Positions 58,327 to 64,000 of a stretch of DNA of 64,000 bases are shown here, one piece after another (within the stretch, counting starts at the first letter, position 1; every line of letters starts with the position of its first letter). The stretch lies in NCBI RefSeq assembly GCF_009914755.1, contig NC_060929.1. The stretch is one strand, 5' to 3'. A model generated the notes under the pieces. The model worked only from the letters and a program-made list of their open reading frames with translations. It did not search any database and was not told the origin of the DNA. Made by a program: the position numbers and the translations under genes. This DNA is from the human T2T-CHM13v2.0 reference genome, Homo sapiens.

Positions 58327-58886
58327 CTAACACAATCCCAAGTACAAAATCTCATACTATGTAATTAAGTCCTTTGATTGCTAGCAGCCAGAGTTTTTGG
58401 ATATGGCTACTCAGCCAGCAATAAATCAGCAACTGTGGATCCACCCAAGTATCTTACTATTTACTTTAGTTCATCCGATTCCTGAAGATATCATGGGAGA
58501 CTTAAATGACTTGTTGGAACTAAAATCAGTTGTGATTATATGTTTTTTCCATTAATTACTGTTAGAATGGTTTTATAATTCTGTCTAAAAGGAAAGTAAG
58601 TGATTTTAACCTGGATCTCATAAACTATCCTTATTTTCTAAGCACTTATAAACTAGCACATGCTAATATTAAATCTTATGATGTTCCAATGTTTATATTT
58701 CCTGACTTCTCTATAAAATTAGCAGTTCATCATAGGAAAAAGTCACTTATACTTCCACATGTGTTTTATAAGTTAATACAGTAGCAGACTTAGCCAATAA
58801 TTATTGATTATTTCAGTACCCCAATAAAAAATATGATAAAGTAATATAAACAAAATAATAAAGCAAAATCTCTGAAATATCTATCC

Positions 58887-58993
58887 TACATATACACACA
58901 CATATACATGTATATACACACATATATATGTATATACACACATGTATATGCTATATATGTATATTGTATATGTATGTGTGTGTGTGTATATAT
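58887..58993. repeat. (TA)/(CA)/(TG) compound microsatellite
   Basis: Read directly from the sequence. Confidence 0.9.
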
Positions 58994-59183
58994 ACTTTTT
59001 AATCCACATCAATATGCAAGAGGTAGGCTCTCTGCTTAGTTTACATAACATTAAATTACTAATAGCATGATTATTATCTGATTATGAGTGTTATTGTCAA
59101 TTATCTTAAAATCAGTCATAAAACAACTCATATAAACTGTTTCTCAATGTTCAAAAATGTTTACTGATTTATTTAACTTCCAG

Positions 59184-59296
59184 GGTGCTTATTGGTTCTC
59201 CGTTAGTTGGCCAACCCAAAAACAGAACTGGAGATGTCTATAAGTGTCCAGTTGGGAGAGGTGAATCATTACCTTGCGTAAAGTTGGATCTACCAG
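59184..59296 (+). CDS. ITGA1: Integrin alpha-1 exon 3 (FG-GAP repeat)
   Basis: cttccAG|G GTG CTT...CCA G|GTatgt; 113 bp, phase 2-1; VLIGSPLVGQPKNRTGDVYKCPVGRGESLPCVKLDLP. Confidence 0.98.
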
Positions 59297-59325
59297 GTAT
59301 GTAAAATTAAAAAAATCTGGTTTTA

Positions 59326-59624
59326 GGCCAGGTGCGGTGAGTCACGCCTGTAATCCCCACACTTTAAGAGGTCAAGACAGGCATATCGTTTGAGCCCAGG
59401 AGTTTGAGACCAGCCTGGGCAACCTGACGAAACCTCATCTCTACAAAATATACAAAAATAGCTGGATGGGGTGGTGCACTACTGTAGTCCCAGCTACTCA
59501 AGAGGATGAAGTGTGAGGATCGCTTGAGCTCAGGAGTTTGAGACTGCAGTGAATGGTAATTGCGCCACTGCACTCCAGCCTGGGTGACAGAGTGAGACCC
59601 TGTCTCAAAAAAAAAAAAAAAAAA
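59326..59624 (+). mobile_element. Alu (J-like)
   Basis: Dimeric Alu; TSD aaaatc(t/a)ggt(t/c)tta. Confidence 0.95.
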
Positions 59625-59670
59625 TCAGGTCTTAAATTATGCCCAGTATTCTCACTGAAAACAGATTTTG

Positions 59671-59983
59671 GGCTGGGCGCAGTGTCTCACACCTGTAATC
59701 CCAGCACTTTGGGAGGCCGAGGCAGGCGGATCACCTGAGGTCGGGAGTTCGAGACCAGCCTGACCAACATGGAGAAACCCTGCCTCTACTAAAAATACAA
59801 AATTAAGCTGGGCATAGTGGTACATGCCTGTAATCCCAGCTACTTAGGAGGCTGAGGCAGGAGAACTGCTTGAACCTGGGAGGCAGAGGTTGTGTTAAGG
59901 CAACATCACGCCATTGCACTCCAGCCTGAGGAACAAGAGCAAAACTCCATCTCAAAAAAAAAAAAAAAAGAAAAGAAAAAAAA
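59671..59983 (+). mobile_element. Alu (Sp-like)
   Basis: gaggtcgggagttcg...accaacatggagaaaccc; TSD aaaacagatttt. Confidence 0.96.
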
Positions 59984-60026
59984 CAGATTTTAATCAACTC
60001 AAGAAAATATTAGAAGTAATCTGTGT

Positions 60027-60062
60027 GTCAGAATGGTCGAGCGGTCTAAGGCGCTGAGTTCA
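60027..60062 (+). pseudogene. 5'-half tRNA-Leu (CAG-type) tailless retropseudogene
   Basis: gtcagaatggtcgagcggtctaaggcgctgagttca against recalled tRNA-Leu(CAG) GTCAGGATGGCCGAGCGGTCTAAGGCGCTGCGTTCA (3 mismatches in 36); TSD agaagtaatct at 60012-60022 and 60063-60073. Confidence 0.88.
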
Positions 60063-60559
60063 AGAAGTAATCTATAATCATTTTTCATATAATCATTTAT
60101 AATCTATAATCATTTTTCTATAATCATTTATCTTCCAGATTGACATAGAATGCCATTTTGATTCCCTCTGTCCTTAATTTGCTTTAGAAAGTCATCAAGG
60201 AGCATACATAAATTAGAATACCGTACTAATTTTATAACTTTTAACTCTCTGCATTTTTCAGAATTCTTTCTAATTCAGTGGTAATGTGAAAGAACTTCTC
60301 CAAATAAACCTGCCCACCACATTCCCTCCACAAAATTTAACTTAGTGCCTGGTTTTCAAGAGGAAATAGAATCAGAGGAATTGTAATAGATAAATTTAAT
60401 TTTAAAAATAGAATCACACAAGATAAATTTATATTGAAATAGATGTATTTGACATAAATAGTAGGAATGTGACCGGAAAATTCCTACTAAAATTATCTAG
60501 AAATTAGAACCCTGTCAATGTTCTATACAATATTACATACTATGGAAATTATTTATAGC

Positions 60560-61430
60560 CCCACAAGTTTATTTCACATATTGTATTTTTCAGTTCTCCT
60601 TTTTTTGAATTTTCTATTTGTTTGTTTTTATGAACTTTTTTTCTTTACATGCATAAGCATACTTATAATAGCTGCTTTAATATCCTTGCCTGATAATTCC
60701 AACATCTGGAATATCTCAACATCACTTTCCATTTATTACCTTTCCTTGAGGTTGCATCACATTTTCCTGTCTTGTCTTGTAATTTTGGATCATAACCTGG
60801 ATTATATTTTTGAATTACAGGTGTGGAGATTCTAGATTCTGTTATATGCCTGTGAATAGTCTTAACTTTTTTTATTAGCAGGAAATTTACTTGGCTCAAC
60901 TCAATTTCCAAGCATTGACTTTCTTGCAATGACAAGTAGTTAAAATCTCTATTCAGGTTTTATTTCAGCTGGGCTATTTGAAATATACTCTGCGCATTTA
61001 CTATTCAAGTCATCTAGTTATTTGGATAAAATATATATGCATATTATAGAACTGTTGTTTTGTGGCTCTTTTTCTAAGATATACTACTCTCCTCCTCATT
61101 TTGCAGCTGCTGTCATTGCCCTCAATCTCTGTTCTCTTTTTATTCAGTACAGTAAGACTAGGAGTTCTATTTGAGTTTTAGCCACTGACCAGGGCCTTCC
61201 CTAGGTTGGGGGTGGGTTAGGGGTGGGGGACAAAAACAAAACAAAACACAAAAGCACAAAACTCATTTAGTGCCAGTATCTTCTTCCAAGTATGGATTCC
61301 CCTCCATTTTCTGCCACCTTTCTAGTGCCTTCAGGTGATTGTTTCATGTATTTTTTTTAATTCTTCCTAGAATTTATAGTTGTGATTTGCAGAGGAGCTG
61401 TTTTGTTAGGAGTTACTCCTCCCTTACTGG
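60560..61430 (-). mobile_element. Old L1M fragment
   Basis: catacttataatagctgctttaatatccttgcctgataattccaacatctgg...ttctagattctgttata. Confidence 0.6.
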
Positions 61431-62496
61431 AAATTGGAATAGTTTTAAAATTAGGCTAGAGATTTTAGCCACATCAAGTACAGTAGGGAAGTTTCCACTG
61501 TAGTCCCTAATTGTCCCAGGAATGCTTTTTCTGGGTCAAGCTTTGTATATAAAACTCTAATCCAGATTATACAAGATCAATGCATACAATCGCCCAGCTC
61601 TAGGTGCTTTCAAAGCAAACCAGACTAAACTCTTGGACAAAGGCCATTGCGCAGATCAGGAAGTCTAACTGACCATTCCAGAATCTCTGCTTCCATTCCC
61701 CACTTTAAATCCACATACAGTCTTAACATGAAAACAACCTCTGGAACAAACGGTGAGACAAATCTTTCTCAACCTGAATTTTGCCTCTTTCTAATATTCC
61801 ACTCTACTAAGCAGATTTAGAAGTTCTTGTTTTTCCTGTCCAGTCTTTTTTTCTTTTTTAGTGTGAGAAAGTGAAACTTCTTGCCAATATTGTTAGGCTG
61901 GCATGCTTCATGCTTCAGGACCCAACATTCCCTTCAGAATGTCAAATGCAGTCTCTTTACTGTGTTTCCTTTATCAAAACTTTCTGGACACTGCTCTAAT
62001 ATTCCTCTAGTTTCCTTTGTCACCCAAAGGATGTCCTCATGATTTTGGAAGTCATGGTCAAAAAACTGGTGTTTGAGTTTTCTTTTCTGATCTTCTACCC
62101 ATTTCCCCTTTTCTTGCCAAAAATCGTGTTTCATCACTGGTCATTTATAACAAAGTTATAAGATTACATTATATCTACAGTATTATGAGATTAAAAACTT
62201 TGCTTTAATTAGCAAGAACGTGCAAAAAGCAATCCCACATTCTCATTGCCCTGCTAGTTCTGCATTCTTTCACAGTTCAGCAAAACTATCTGAAATAGTT
62301 TCTGGGACATGAGCCAACTCTTCAGCCTTAGCTTGTTCATTATATTCCTTAAGAAGACTTGGAAGACTAATTAGTTGAACCAAAAGAAGAATGTGCTATG
62401 ATATGAGCAAAACAAATAGAATGTCTTAATGAGAGATGCTTAAAATTTCACTTTGTGAAACTTTTCCTCCCTCATAAAATTTTGTTCTATTTTTAG

Positions 62497-62585
62497 TTAA
62501 TACATCAATTCCCAATGTCACAGAAGTAAAGGAGAACATGACATTTGGATCAACTTTAGTCACCAACCCAAATGGAGGATTTCTG
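62497..62585 (+). CDS. ITGA1: Integrin alpha-1 exon 4
   Basis: ctatttttAG|TT AAT ACA...TTT CTG|GTaaga; 89 bp, phase 1-0; (V)NTSIPNVTEVKENMTFGSTLVTNPNGGFL with three N-x-S/T sequons. Confidence 0.98.
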
Positions 62586-62704
62586 GTAAGAATGGAGAGA
62601 ATGATATTTATTGACAACAGATATGCTATCATTTTAAGTCTTTGTAAGATCTGTTATATAATTTTCAGTCTAATGATTTCTAATTTTAAAACAATTTTTT
62701 AAAG

Positions 62705-62816
62705 GCTTGTGGGCCCTTATATGCCTATAGATGTGGACATTTGCATTACACAACTGGAATCTGTTCTGACGTCAGCCCCACATTTCAAGTCGTGAATTCC
62801 ATTGCCCCTGTACAAG
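62705..62816 (+). CDS. ITGA1: Integrin alpha-1 exon 5
   Basis: ttttttaaAG|GCT TGT...CAA G|GTacag; 112 bp, phase 0-1; ACGPLYAYRCGHLHYTTGICSDVSPTFQVVNSIAPVQ. Confidence 0.98.
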
Positions 62817-63423
62817 GTACAGATTTTATGCAATGTTCTTGCATGTTTGAAAAGCCTATGCAATGAATGAGACGTATGTATACAAAGGAACATACCAAAA
62901 AGCTTAAAGTATTTTCTTAGCTACCAGCATTACCAATTTAGGTAAATGTTTGCTTTGCCAGTATATAACAAAATCTGACTGCTATTTTTGGAATTGATAT
63001 TAGTGTAAATAACTTTACAAAGTCATTTTTAAACATCATAGATAAAGCTGTCATGCTGCTTATATTTAAAGAATGAGTCTCTTTGAAGAAAGAAGTAACT
63101 TCATTTGAGATATGCTCAAAAACTGTTTTATAAAAACTTATATAAAATTCATATTGAGAAAATTTGCAAAGATAACTCTCATACAATACTAATTAAAATT
63201 CAGTAGGTATGAATTTTATCCCACACCAATTGTTATTGAAAGCAATGAATATTTTTATCATCTTTACTTTTTCGAAAACTATTTTTTATTGCTAAAACAA
63301 TGTGTCTACTTTGGAGAACATCAGTTCATCTTTTAAAATGAACTTCTTTCAGCCATGAAAGCACTTCATATGCCTCTGAAAAAAATAGATTCCAAATTTG
63401 ACAATTGACTCCTTTTATTGCAG

Positions 63424-63551
63424 AATGCAGCACTCAACTGGACATAGTCATAGTGCTGGATGGTTCCAACAGTATTTACCCATGGGACAGTGTTACAGCT
63501 TTTTTAAATGACCTTCTTGAAAGAATGGATATTGGTCCTAAACAGACACAG
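63424..63551 (+). CDS. ITGA1: Integrin alpha-1 exon 6 (start of I/VWA domain, MIDAS DxSxS)
   Basis: ttattgcAG|AA TGC...ACA CAG|GTatgt; 128 bp, phase 1-0; (E)[42 protein letters not shown]. Confidence 0.98.
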
Positions 63552-63665
63552 GTATGTGACTTTGTGTTTTGATTTCTGTTGTTCTAAAGATAAAAATGCA
63601 CAAATTTTTAATAAAACCAAATATTCTGAAAGCAAATTAATCAATAAAACTAAAGTTGAGAATGA

Positions 63666-64000
<335 letters not shown>

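Overview
This is human or great-ape genomic DNA from the ITGA1 (integrin alpha-1) locus, with the gene on the + strand. About 47 kb of intron 1 is followed by five coding exons (exons 2-6). All five have AG/GT boundaries and compatible phases, and they splice into one frame running from the end of the signal peptide (VLRCCVS|FNVDV) through the beta-propeller into the I-domain MIDAS (DGSNS). The first ~0.3-1.8 kb is probably the 3' UTR end of PELO, which is nested in ITGA1 intron 1; that call rests on recall of the locus plus poly(A) signals. The rest is typical primate intron: about 17 Alus, two L1PA insertions (one 5'-inverted), a near full-length Tigger1, Tigger3a, MER5/20/58, MLT1 LTRs, L2/MIR/CR1 relics and microsatellites. 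I see no prokaryote-type system and no novel gene, and the supplied ORFs are repeat-derived or chance. The most unusual items are: a tailless 5'-half tRNA-Leu retrocopy with a TSD; a locally templated inverted insertion inside Tigger1; an unexplained ~400-bp CpG-retaining insert with minus-strand terminal-exon features; a perfect 17-bp palindrome; and an old ~1.7-kb-offset duplication. Repeat family names come from memory of consensus sequences, not from a database search.
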